Shown: piece after piece, positions 1 through 12,099 of the stretch
Layout of the letters: each line of letters begins with the position of its first letter
Position numbering within the stretch: the first letter of the stretch is position 1
Assembly: GCA_030390025.1 (NCBI GenBank)
Contig: CM059431.1
Coordinates: forward strand, 141,362,001 to 141,426,000
Length of the DNA: 64,000 nt
Direction: 5' to 3'
From: Squalus acanthias
Lineage: Eukaryota
Translations under genes and position numbers: made by a program
The notes under the pieces: generated by a model
The model's input: only the letters and a program-made list of their open reading frames with translations
Databases searched by the model: none
Told to the model about the DNA's origin: nothing

Positions 1-525
1 CGCCATTCAGCCCCTGGAATCCGTTACATAGGAATAGAAAGAGGTCAGTGAGCCACTTGACCCTGTAACCCAGGAACAGGAGGACGCCATTCTGCCCCTG
101 GAACATGTTACATAGGAACCGAAGGAGGCCAGTTATGCACTCGATCCTGTTACATGGTAAGAGGAAGAAGCCAGTTAGTCTCTCGAGCCTATTACATAGG
201 AACAGGAGCAGGCCATTTACCTCATCGAGCCTATTGCACAGGAACAGGAATAGACCATTTAGCTCTTCGAGCCTGTTACATAGATAAAGAAGTAGACCAT
301 TCAGCCCTCGAGCCTGTTACATAGGAACAGGAGAATAACATACAACTCTGAGAGCCTATTACGTAGGAGCAGGAGTAGACCATTCAGCCTCTCAACTCTG
401 TTGCATAGGAGCAAGAGTAGACCATTCAGCCTCACACCACTGTTGCATAGGAGCAGGAGTAGACCATTCAGCCGCTGAAACCTGTTACATAGGAACAGGA
501 GAAGGCCATTCTGCCCCTCGAACTT
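1..525. repeat. Degenerate ~42-bp minisatellite derived from the reverse-complement CR1 3' tail
   Basis: Repeating unit close to GAGCCTGTTACATAGGAACAGGAGTAGACCATTCAGCCCTC, with a 14-aa period in ORF 105..287. It runs on into normal CR1-tail sequence (TTGTTCCACCATTCAGT..ATGGCTGATCTG) at about 520-560. Confidence 0.85.
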
Positions 526-733
526 GTTCCACCATTCAGTGAAGTCATGGCTGATCTGTATCATAATTCTATTTAGATATTGTTCAAGTGAGATAAAAAA
601 AGTTGTTTATGGCCAATTTAAAAGTGGTGCCAATCGGTTGACAGTAATAGTTATTTGTACTAATATTCCTATAAATGGATCAGTCATATTTTGTAAATTG
701 CTATTTTCATTCACATTCGCTTATTTTTTATAG

Positions 734-903
734 CTGAGGATAAAGATGGAATCAGTCAAACACTGGACAGTTACAGTCACACGAAGTTAAACATGATCAC
801 CCAGTTTTACCGTCAGAGATTAGAGGAGGCGATTTTGGAACTGGTGGAGAATATCGCCCTGGCACTTATGGCCGCAGATTTGTTGAGTGGCGAGGAATAT
901 GGG
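734..903 (+). CDS. NLR gene internal exon, first half of an N-terminal death-fold (CARD-like) domain
   Basis: TTTTTTATAG acceptor and GGG|GTAGGT donor; phase 1 in, phase 0 out. Reads EDKDGISQTLDSYSHTKLNMITQFYRQRLEEAILELVENIALALMAADLLSGEEYG, resembling the FYR.RLE.AI N-terminal segment I recall from shark NLRs. Confidence 0.75.
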
Positions 904-1628
904 GTAGGTTGGATTACACGAGTCCTATGTTAAAACTAATTTTTTGTTAAGGTTCAATCGAACAGAAAGCTCATTTTGAGTCAAGGGTAAAGTATCAAAT
1001 AGTGCTTATGAAAGAGATTAAAATGGAAAGGAAATTCGAGCCTGGTCGAATTTGGACGCTCCCTGCAAGGAGGGCAATTTTCACTTTGGGAAATGCTGTA
1101 AATTGGGTGTTCGCCAATTGGTCACCCATTAAACGCCATGCCCGATTTATTTAATTTAGGCGCACAACTGCTCCATTCCCCAAATACCTCCAACATGCCC
1201 AGCATTTACCAACCAAGACAGCTGGTTGGCAGTCAACTGCTGGATCCTTCCCCATGTGTCTAACTGGCGCCAGCAAATGCTCGGATTAACTCCAGAGCGA
1301 TTGGCCCACTTGTCTTTCCTCAGCTTCTCTTGAAATCTTAGCAGAAGCTTCATTGGAGGTTGCATTCAGCTTCGATGGAATAATGTAGGGTGCTGAAAAT
1401 CAGACATGTGTAATCGAGCTGTGGAGCAAATACCCGCAATAAAAGATCGAGGAAACTCTGCTGCAAGCGTGTAACGCTATACCTGAATTTCCTCACTGTT
1501 TTTGCTTGTCTGTCAATCCATGCCCTCAAACTTATCTCGGCACATTATAATAGGTCGGCCTCCAGGCTTAAGAGTCATAAACGCGCGAATTTCCAGCAAT
1601 TGTTCTGGTCAACTGAATTGTATAATTA

Positions 1629-2424
1629 AGCCCAGAATTTTAGCGGCAGCATTAATTAATGGCACGGATTTTGCAGTCAGCGGCTAAGGAATGTTGCTTG
1701 TCATTCACCTCGCTGACAGCTGACGACGACGATTTGACGGGCTTCAGAGTGGAGACTTGCTCTAATCCAGAGTCTGATCCAGCATGGTGCCCTCTACGGG
1801 GGATCTGTGGCATCTGTGAAACAGCGAGTCTGTTCAATCGATCAAATTGGAGAATCCGCACTGAGGCACGCAGAGTGCAAACCAGGATGTATAAAGCAGG
1901 AAAAGTAAATTAGATTTAAATGATTGCCAAAAGCAAAATAAAGACTGGGAAATACAGATGGGATTAAGGGAGAGAGATGAAAGTAACAGATGGGCAAAAT
2001 ATATATATTTTTAAATCTCAAACACTAATTGTGTTCTGAAGGAATGAAACACTACACTTTTAAAATTACTTTTTCAGGACCAGAGAGGTTGTTCAGCAGT
2101 AATTATTATTTATCACGCCGTTAAAAACTCACTTACTCCTGAAGGCACCTGCCAGGGCTTTTCCAGCTGCTTTATGCAGAACTTGTGCGCAAGTACAGCA
2201 AGTGAAGCAGTTGCAGTCATTCTGTAGACGAGTACTGCAACAGCGCATCCTGTGAGGGAGCAGGGTATCTTTGACAGCAACTTTTGGATATCCGGGATAC
2301 ACTGCGCATGTGTGGACACCAGAATTTGCTGTCACATTTACCCGAGAAGTTGCTGTCCGATTTACCCCGGAGTAACGGTGAACGCTGATACCATCACCGT
2401 TATTATTACAGCAAAATCCGGGTC
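1629..2424. mobile_element. Non-autonomous DNA transposon (PIF/Harbinger-like termini)
   Basis: Imperfect TIRs AGCCCAGAATTTT ... AAAATCCGGGTC followed by AAT. The interior is the reverse complement of 21489-22190. Confidence 0.65.
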
Positions 2425-2573
2425 AATAATTGTTCTAAATTATCCTCACTGAGACCTGCACTGTATTTTCTGTTTCTTTGAATGTTAAACTTAACTCCAT
2501 GAAACCCTAAACTTGGAAATCCATTGAAAGGTGTTGCTGTTGCAGCACAGGGGACGCAGCTAACACATTCACT

Positions 2574-3021
2574 GGTGTCAGGCGTGGCTCAGTGCATCTC
2601 ACTTCCGCCTCTGAGTCAGAAGGTCGTGGGTTCAAAGACCCAGTTCAGAGACTCGGGCTCTATAATCGAGGCTGACACTCCACAATGTCAGTGCCGAGGG
2701 AGCGCTGCAGCGTCAAAGGTGCCTTCTTACAGATGAGATATTAACCTGTCCTGTCAGATGAAAGTGAAAGCTCTCATGAAACTGCTTCCGAAGTTGAGCT
2801 GGGAGTTCTCCCGAGTTTCCTGGGGAGAATATTTATATCTAAACCAACATCACTAAAAATTCTGATGATCTGGTCGTTATCACATGTTTGTATGTAATAC
2901 AGTTGCAGCACTTCCTGCAATACAACCGTGAGTACATTTCAAACGAACCTTATTGGCTGTAAAGCCCATTGCGATGTTCTGCGGTCATGAAGGACGTTTT
3001 ATACAGATTAAAGTCTCTCTA
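2574..3021 (+). mobile_element. tRNA-head Deu-domain SINE (SacSINE1/AmnSINE1-like)
   Basis: A box TGGCTCAGTG, B box GGTTCAAAG, Deu-like core GGGAGTTCTCCC..AATATTTAT..CAACATCACTAAAA, and a TTGGCTGTAAAGC tail. Confidence 0.8.
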
Positions 3022-5007
3022 TTTTTACCACCAAAGTGGATAACCTCACATTTATCCACATTGTACTTCATCTGCCATACATTTGCCCATTCACCCAACC
3101 TGTCCAAGTCACTCTGTAGCCTCCTAGCATCCTCTTCATTGTTCACACTGCCTCCCAATTTAGTGTCATCCGCAATTTGGAGATATTACATTTAATCCTT
3201 CGTCCAAATCATTAATTTATATGTAAACAGCTGGGGTCCCAGCACCGAACCCTGCGGTACCCCACTTGTCACTGCCTGCCATTCTGAAAAGTACCCATTT
3301 ACTCCTACTCTTTGTTTCCTGTGTGCCAACCAGTTCTCAATCCACGTCAACACATTACCCCCAATCCCATGTGCTTTAACTTTGCTCACCAATCTCTTGC
3401 GTGGGACCTTGTCGAAGGCCTTCTGAAAGTCCAATACACCACATCTACTGGTTCCCCCCTGTCCACCCTATTGGAAACATCCTCAAAAAATTCCAGAAGA
3501 TTTGTCAAGCATGATTTCCCTTTCACAAATCCATGCTGACTTGGACCTATCATGTCGCCACTTTCCAAATGGTCTGTTATGACATCTTTAATAATTGATT
3601 CCATCATTTTACCCACCACCGATGTCAGGCTGACCGGTCTATAATTCCTGCTTTCTCCCTCCTCCTTTTTTAAAAAGTGGGTTTACATTGGCCACCCTCC
3701 ACTCCATCGAACTGATCCAGAGTCTAAGGAATGTGGAAAATGATCGTCAATGCATCCACTATTTCCAAGGCCACCTCCTTAAGTACTCTGGGATGCAGAC
3801 CATCAGGCCCCGGGGATTTTTCAGCCTTCAGTCCCATCAATTTTCCCAATACCTTTTCCCGACTAATAAGGATTTCCCTCAGCTCCTCCCTCTTACCAGA
3901 TCCTCTGACCCCTTTTATTTCGGCAGGTTGTGTGTGTCCTCCACAGTAAACACCGAACCAAAGTACTTGTTCAATTGATCAGCCATTTCCTTGTTCCCCA
4001 TTAAGACTTCCCTGTTTCCGACTGCAGGGACCTACGTTTGTTTTTACTAACCTCTTTCTTTTTACATATTTATAGAAGCTTTTGCAGTCCATTTTAATGT
4101 TCTCTGCAAGCTTCCTTTCATATTTTATTTTCCCTGCCCTAATCAAACATTCGTCCTCCTCTGCTGAGTTTTGAAGTTCTCCCAGTCCCCGGTTTGCTGC
4201 TACTTCTGGCCAATTTGTATGCAACTTCCTTGGTTTTAATACTATCCCTGATTTCCCTTGTTAGCCATGGTTGAGCCACCTTCCCTTTTTTATTTTACGC
4301 CAGACCGGGATGTACAATTGTTGTAGTTCATCATGCGATCTCTAAATGTCTGCCATTGCCCTTCCACTGATAGCCCCTTAAATATCACTTGCCAATTTAA
4401 CCTCACCAATTCACGCCTCATACCTCAAAGTTGCCCTTATTTAAGTTCTGGACCATGGTCTCTGATTAACTGTTTCCTTCTCCATCCTAATGTAGAACTC
4501 CACCATACTATGGTCACTCTTCCCCAGGGGGCCTCGTACCACAAGATTGCTGATTAGTCCTTCCTCATTACACAACACCCAGTCCAGGATGGCCTCCCCT
4601 CGAGTTGGTTCCTCAACATATTGGTTCAGGAAACCATCCCGAAAACACTCCAGGAAATCCTCCTCCACCGTATTGCTTCCAGTTTGAGTAGCCCAATCTA
4701 TATGCATATTAAAGTCACCCATGATAACTGCCGTGCCTTTTTTGCACGCACCTCTGATTTCCTGTTTCATACCCTCCCCCACCTCACTACTGCTGTTTGG
4801 AGGTCTGTACACAACTCCCACTAACGTTTTCTGCCCTTTGGTGTTCGGCAGCTCAACCCATATTGATTCCACATCCTCCAAGCTGATGTCCTTCCTAGCT
4901 ATTGCATTAATCTCCACTTTAACCAGCAATGCTACCCCAGCCCCTTTTCCTTTTATTCTATCCTTTCTAAATGTTGAATACCCCTGGATGTTCAGTTCCC
5001 AGCCTTG
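3022..5007 (-). mobile_element. CR1 LINE ORF2 fragment (endonuclease to RT), truncated at both ends
   Basis: ORFs 4441..4929 (GVVYRPP, IMGDFN, ILDWVL, SDH), 3386..3619 (QHGFVKGKSCLTNL) and 3192..3434 (DFQKAFDKV, GVPQGSVLGP). Several 1-nt frameshifts; no 3' tail. Confidence 0.95.
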
Positions 5008-5039
5008 ATTGTTCTGGAAGCTATCAGAAGATCTAAAAG
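5008..5039 (+). pseudogene. 3' remnant of an NLR linker exon
   Basis: Reads LFWKLSEDLK+G followed by a perfect GTAAGT donor (5040). Its phase 1 end matches the NACHT exon start (G|GC ATC CAA = ...DLK-GIQKQHKE). The 5' side abuts CR1 with an in-frame TGA at 5006-5008. Confidence 0.7.
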
Positions 5040-5494
5040 GTAAGTGAATGGCCAGTTTCTGAAATAATCATTGAATGATACAACACAGAGGAACCCATTA
5101 CAGGCCATCGTGGCTCTGCCGGAATCAGATAAATGGATTATTCCACTTATATGATAATCTCCTACAGTTACTGTAAGGTGTTATCAAACTTAATACACTA
5201 AGGGGGTGAACACCGATTTGGGCGGGGGTGTAAAATGGGCTGGTATTGCATCTGCCGCAAGTTATATGCCCCGTGCCCGATATTCGGTTCTGTTGAAGTA
5301 AATTCAATGGCAGATGAGATACCCGCCTGAGTTGTGTCACTGCCCAATTATACTTTCACCCCACTGGCACTGAATATCTCCAGTTTCTGATGCCCGTGTG
5401 ACAGTATGGAGCTGTACTAGTGAGAAAGGCCTCAGCTTTATCTCTGGCGTGTTCCCAGTGTGCCAAAATAAAGTTGCATTTGTTTTTTCCTTTG

Positions 5495-7730
5495 TTCATA
5501 CCTAAGATGTTGTCGCTGATGACCAGGCCGGAATTTATTGTGCATCCCTCAATTGTATATAAACTTAACCCCTTGTTAGGCCCACTGAAGAGGGACTACA
5601 GGAAACGGACAGTTTGGAGATGGACTGGAGTCAGATATAGGCCCAGATGGGGAAAGACTGGAATCACATATATGTCCTGACTAGGTGGGGACGGGTGTCA
5701 CAAAAAGGACCAGACTGGGCAAGGATTGAAGTTATATATATGCCCAGATTGGATAAGGACTTGAGTCATATATAGCCCCTGACTGGGTAGGAACTGGAGT
5801 CAAATCGAGGCCCACACTTGGGAAGGACTTGAGTCACATAGAGGCATGGACTGCGTAAATACTAGAGTCACATATAGATCTAGACTGGGTAAAGACTAGG
5901 GACACACATAGACCTAGACTGAGTAAAGTCCAGCATCACATATAGACCTAGACTTTGTAAAGACTAGGGTCACATACAGGCACAGAATGCATAACGACTG
6001 AAGTCAGATATGGTGCCTGGCCTGGTAAAGACTCGAGACACAAATACACACAGAATGGATACGAACTCGAGTAGCGTAGAGGCCCAGATTGGATAAAGAC
6101 TGAAGTCAGATATATGCCCAGATTGGGAAAAATTGCAGTCAGATACAAACCCAGATTGGGTAAAAGACGGGAGTCACATATAGCCCGGACCGGGTAAGAA
6201 CTGGAGATTCATCTAGACCCACACTTGTTAAGGATTTGAGTCACATAGAGTCCGAGACTGGGTAAGGACTGGAATCATATATAGGCCAAGACTCGGTAAG
6301 GAATGGAGTCATGTATAGGCCCAGACTGGCTAAGGACTCGAGTCACCTATAGGCCTAGACTGGAAGCGAATTGGAGACACATTTCGTCCCAGATTGGGTT
6401 ACAACTGGAGTCAGATTTCGTTGCAGTCAGACTAAGGACTGCAATAACATATTGGTCACGACTGGTTAAGCACTGAAGTCACATACAGTCCCAGTCTGAG
6501 TCAGGACTGGAGTCAAATATAGTCCCAGACTGGGTAAGGACTGGAAACATATAAAAGTCCAGACCTGGTAAGGAATGGAGTCACAAAATTGCAAAGACTG
6601 GGTAAGAGCTGGAGACATATATAGGCCCAGAATGGGTAAGGACTGGAGTCACATATAGGACAAGACTGGGTAAGGACTGTAGTCACATATACACCCGGAC
6701 TGGGCAAGGATTGGAGCCATAGATAGGCCCAGATGGGGTAAGGACTGGAGTCACATATAGGCCTAGACAGTGTAAGGACGGTAGGTGTCACATATAGGCC
6801 AGACAGGTTAAGGACTGGAGTCACATATAGGCCCAGGCTGAGCAAGGACTGGAGTCATAGATAGGCCCAACTGAGTAAGGACTGGAGTCACATGTAGGCC
6901 GAGACTGGGGAAAGAACGTAGTCACATATATTCCCAGACTGTGTAAGAACGGGAGTCAAATATAGGCCCAGACTGGGTAAGGACTGGAGTCACATATAGG
7001 CCCCGACTGGATAAGGACTGAAGTCATCTATAGGCTTAGTATCTATAAGGACTGGAGTCAGATATAGGCCCAGACTGGGGAAGGAATGGAGTCACATATC
7101 GGCCCAGACTGGGCAAGGACTGAAGTCACATATAGGCTCAGTATCTGTAAGGACTGGAGTCATATATAGGCCCAGACTGGGTAAGGAATAGAGTCACATA
7201 TAGGCCCAGACTGGATAAGGACTGAAGTCATCTATAGGCTTAGTATCTATAAGGACTGGAGTCAGATATAGGCCCAGACTGGGTAAGGAATGGAGTCACA
7301 TATAGGCCCAAACTGGGTAAGGACTGAAGTCACATATAGGCTCAGTATCTGTAAGGACTGGAGTCATATATAGGCCCCTACTGGGAAAGGACTGGAGTCA
7401 CATATAGGCCCAGACTGGGTAAGGATTCGAGTCACATACAGGCCCAGACTGGGTAAGGACTGGAGTCAGATATAGGCCCAGATGGAGTAAGGACTCGAGT
7501 CACATACAGGCTCAGACTGGGTAAAGACTGGAGTCACATATATGCCCAGACTCCGTAAGGACTGGAGTCACTTATAGGCCCAGTCTCGGTTATGACTGGA
7601 GTCAGATGTGGTCCCAGATTGGATAAGGATGGCAGCTGTCCTGTCCTAAAAGGACATTACTGAACCAGTTGGGATTTTAGGACAATCTGACAGCTTCATG
7701 ATCACTTTTTTATAGATGCCAGCTTTTTCC
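5495..7730 (-). mobile_element. tRNA-derived SINE (LINE-tailed family) with a large internal tandem expansion
   Basis: Flanks 5495-5620 and 7620-7730 match the copies at 33420-33815 and 47001-47459. Confidence 0.75.
5620..7630. repeat. 34-bp minisatellite GGCCCAGACTGGGTAAGGACTGGAGTCACATATA
   Basis: About 2 kb of tandem copies. Divergent on the left, more homogeneous at 6950-7560. Confidence 0.95.
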
Positions 7731-8659
7731 TTTATGCTGGTTATCCTATGAATCTCTACAGATACTGTGTCTATCTATTAGAAGCTGCTCAATTGGACAA
7801 GGCAGCGATACGATTAATCGAATTCTGGGTTTTAGGGTCCGTAGGAATATAGGAATAGCTTGAGGAGTGTTGCGTAAAAGAAGTTTCCTCTTGCAAGTAG
7901 ACAAAGGGACAGAATATGAAACTAAACAAATATAGAAATTTCTATTTGGCCATTAGGGCAGTAAGTCAGAAAGGTTTGGCACGGTACTCCTTTGTCTCGC
8001 AGCCACCAGCATTAAGCGTTGTTACCCTGACATGGCTAACAGTCATTTCTTCTATAGGGGGGTAAGTTCATCTTGGGCGGTAGTGCAAAGTGGGCGAGAT
8101 CGAATCAACAGTTCGTTTAGTGCTACACCAAAATATTCTTTCCATTGTCTGTAGTTTTAACTTTTGGCGATGATGTAAATTGGTAGATATTGAATCAGCT
8201 GTCAATTATACACCCTCCCTGATTTCCCTTTCCACTGAAGTTAATGGTCGGTAAAATTGGTCTGGGTGGATAACGGGCGACAATTCGACGTTGTCCATTT
8301 TACCAGATCTCTCGTGATTAAATGTAAACCCCAATGGAAAAGGAAGTAGTTGTAGGGTGTAAATTTTTCTTGGCGCTAGAGCAAAATGGGCGGCATCGCA
8401 TCTGACACCCGTTAAAGGTGCCGGCCCAATATTGCCGTTAATGGAATTGAATATCAGGCAGGGCGTATAACGGCGGCCGATCTGATATCGCATCTGCACA
8501 AGATGAATTTCTACCCCGTCGAGTGTAAAATTGGCGTATGATTCGCCAGTTTTGCGTTACCACCCAAAACGTCTGTCCAAATGTTTCCCGGCCATTTTGG
8601 TGTCTAACAATATTACAATTAGAGCGACACTAATAGCATTCTTAATATTTCAACGAAAG

Positions 8660-10406
8660 GCATCCAAAAGCAGCACAAGGAACATCTCCTCTCCAAAAAC
8701 GGGAACGTGAGCAATGGCACGATCCGAGGAAGGGACAAAACAAAGACCTTCTCAATCGCTGATCGATACACTGAACTGATAATCATTTCCCCTCTCCGCG
8801 AGCGGAGACTGGTGGAACACGAGCTGCTGGCCAGAGGCAGGGACAACAAGGAGTGGCAGCGGAAGCATGTCAGCAGCGACCTTGAGAAAATCCGCATCGA
8901 TCAATTGTTCAGGAGCAGTTTCGGCCACTCCAGCCTGTCTGGGACCTCGGTGGTCAGCGGGGTGGCCGGGATCGGCAAGACCACCATGGTGGAGAAGATG
9001 GTTCATGAATGGGCCGCGGGGAACATCTATCCCCAGTTTCAATTTGTCTTTCATTTCAAATTCAGGAACCTTAACGCCATAAATGGGACCACTTCTCTGA
9101 AAGAAATAGTGCTGGATTCCTACCCTTATTTGGAAAAGATACTTGGAGATATATGGATGAGGCCGGAATATCTGCTCTTGGTGTTCGATGGGTTGGATGA
9201 GTTCCAACACACGATAGATTTCACAGATCGTGGGGCAAATAAAGACTCTGGGAACAGCTGTACCGGACCCGAATGCAGAAGTGAGGTTTCCGAAATTGTC
9301 CGCAGTCTGGTACAGCAACAGATGCTAAAAGGTTGTTCCGTGCTAGTCACAAGTCGGCCAACCGCTCTTGACTCATTGGAGCAGGCCAATATCAACCTCT
9401 GGGCCGAGATCCTTGGCTTCCTGGCCGCCGAAAGGAAGGATTATTTCAAAAGGTTCTTCAGGAACGAAAAGCTCGCCACCCATGTCTTCAAGCACGTGGA
9501 GGAGAATGAAATCCTGTACACCATGTGCTACAACCCTTCCTACTGCTGGATCATGTGCTCGACCTTGGGCCCGCTCTTCACTCAACCGGAGGGGAGAAGA
9601 CCTCTCCCTAAAACCATCACCGAACTCTTTTCCAACTACATTTACAACCTCTTGAAAAACCACGGGCGTGATGTTGAGGACCAGCGAGCGGTGTTACTCC
9701 GAATCGGGGAGTTGGCCTACCAGGGAGTTTCCAACAGGGTCATTGTCTTCAATGAAGACCACTTATGTCAACATCAGCTGGAGCCCTCCAAGTTCATTTC
9801 CGGGTTTATGATGGAGATCCTGGAGCGAGATGACGCAGCAAAAAATGTTGTGTACACGTTCCTCCACCTTACCATCCAAGAGTTCTTGGCAGCCCTCGCT
9901 CAGTACTTGACTCAAAGGCGCCAGAACGTATTGGAGCTCCTTCAATGGGCTTTTAAGAAGGTCGACGGTCGCTTTGAGATATTTATGCGATTCTTGGTAG
10001 GTCTCTCATCGTCCACTTCAGCCCGGCAGCTGGAAGAAATCCTGGGCCCGCTGTCTCACCAAACCACCTGCCAGGTGATAGATTGGCTGAAGATCAACGT
10101 GCAGGCAGAGATCAAGAACATCGACACGAACACGGGTAAGAGGAAGCTCCTGAACATGTTCCACTACCTGTGCGAGTCTCAGAACTTCGCTTTGGCCCAG
10201 AAGGTCGTCGGATCGGTGGAGAGGCTGAACTTTGGGGACTCCAACCCGCGGATCGCGCTGCGATTGAGCCCGCTGGATTGTGCCGTGCTTTCCCACGTGG
10301 TGCAACTGTGCGCAACAGTGGAGGAGCTGAATTTGGAGAAATGCTACATCCAGGAGGAAGGGATCAAGCGACTGGCCCCCGCGATGCACAAATGCAAAGT
10401 TCTGAG
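8660..10406 (+). CDS. NLR gene main exon: FISNA + NACHT + winged helix/HD2 + first LRR (NLRP3/NLRC3-like)
   Basis: Lies within ORF 8707..10494. FISNA-like DRYTELII; Walker A GVAGIGKT (8959-8982); Walker B LLVFDGLDE; sensor-1 VLVTSR; CYNPSYCWI; FLHLTIQEFLAA; LSPLDCAVL. Acceptor AAAG|GC, donor AG|GTATTT. No stops. Confidence 0.95.
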
Positions 10407-10609
10407 GTATTTATTAATGGGGGTGAAATTGAACATGGCTAGTGACGCCAAACAGGCGGTATCCCATTGGTCGCCTGTTATAGGCTCCACCTGATATTCA
10501 GTTCCCTTGACTTCAATACCTACCACTATTCTGTCTATGCGCATTTCTTTTCGGGCCACGGGTGCCTTCTCCGCCTTGCCAGATTTCCCCTGCTCACTTC
10601 AACCTCAAT

Positions 10610-11510
10610 AGGTGTGGCACTGAGCCCCACACACAGAGCAGGAAGGTCCCAAGTTCCATCCACGGCCTGTGCCGAGTTACCTGATCTGACCAGGTGTGGC
10701 ACTGAGCCCCACACAGAGCAGGAAGGTCCCAAGTTCCACCCACGGCCTGTGCTTAGTTACCTGATCTGACCAGGTGTGGCTCTGAGCCCCACACACAGAG
10801 CAGGAAGGTCCTAAGTTCCACCCACGGCCTGTGCTGAGTTACCTGATCTGACCAGGTGTGGCACTGAGCCCCACACACAGAGCAGGAAGGTCCCAAGTTC
10901 CATCCACGGCCTGTGCTTAGTTACCTGATCTGACCAGGTGTGGCTCTGAGCCCCACACACAGAGCAGGAAGGTCCTAAGTTCCACCCACGGCCTGTGCTG
11001 AGTTACCTGATCTGACCAGGTGTGGCACTGAGCCCCACACACAGAGCAGGAAGGTCCCAAGTTCCATCCACGGCCTGTGCTTAGTTACCTGATCTGACCA
11101 GGTGTGGCACTGAGCCCCACACACAGAGCAGGAAGGTCCCAAGTTCCATCCACGGCCTGTGCTTAGTTACCTGATCTGACCAGGTGTGGCTCTGAGCCCC
11201 ACACACAGAGCAGGAAGGTCCTAAGTTCCACCCACGGCCTGTGCTGAGTTACCTGATCTGACCAGGTGTGGCTCTGAGCCCCATACACATACAAAACAGG
11301 ACGGGACGAGGTTCAATTTACGGGCTATGCTGACTAGTTGCTCTCATCCAGTGTAGGGCCGAGCCCCACACACAGAGCAGGAAGGGCCCAGGCTCCAACC
11401 CCGGCCTCTGCTGTTAGCGGATCTCATCCAATGCAGGGCCGACCCCACACACAGAGCAGCTCGGTGAAAGGTTCCATCCCCGGGCTGTGTTTTTGGTTTA
11501 TTTAATCTGA
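10610..11510. repeat. ~82-bp tandem repeat from a tRNA-like SINE head
   Basis: Unit CAGGTGTGGCACTGAGCCCCACACACAGAGCAGGAAGGTCCCAAGTTCCATCCACGGCCTGTGCTTAGTTACCTGATCTGAC. About 8 near-identical copies plus 3 degenerate ones. Confidence 0.9.
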
Positions 11511-12099
11511 GGCAGGTGGTATTAGTGCAAATTCACCACATTTTTTAAACTATAAACTAGTGGATATCCGGCGAAATATCAGCATTTGATATTAAATTAA
11601 TTTAATTATAAATCCTCCAATTTGACCCCATTTTTAAAAATTCTGTCAACGTTTACATATGTCACACAGCAACCCCGATAGCAGTCACTTTCCTCAGGGA
11701 TATTGCAACCACTCCCACCAGGATGCTCTAAGCACCAACTCCAACGGGCGATACAACCTGTACCGCCAGTGTAGCGCTACCGCCAAGATCAGTTTCCTCC
11801 ACCGCAGTGCGCGTCCAACCAACGAAAATGATGCATCATCAGGTCGGGTTTTTGACCCCGCCGCTAACATGGAAATAGGACAGGAAGGTTCTATATTTCA
11901 ATTCCAGGGCGTCCACGTGATGACTCAGTGAAGCTGTCAGTCAATGCACCACAGCCATCACTGAAGGAAGGAGGCAAGGTGGGATAGAAATGAAGGGTGA
12001 TCATAAACAGCAGGTAGTCAACGCTGATTTCCAAGCGGCATATTGATGCAGAAATTTGACTTGTGCGCACGTGCGAAATTGGCGCTCGCAGTCGGGAAG

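Noticed and set aside
904..1628. Missing second death-fold exon of the NLR
   Set aside because: The best acceptor (TTTCCTCAG at about 1323) gives a stop after five codons in the required phase 0.
8752..10389. Antisense and alternate-frame ORFs over the NACHT exon
   Set aside because: These are shadow ORFs of GC-rich coding sequence with no recognisable motifs.
10407..10494. C-terminal extension of the 595-aa ORF, and its GTG start at 8707
   Set aside because: The extension is intron read-through past the donor at 10407. The exon starts at the 8660 acceptor.
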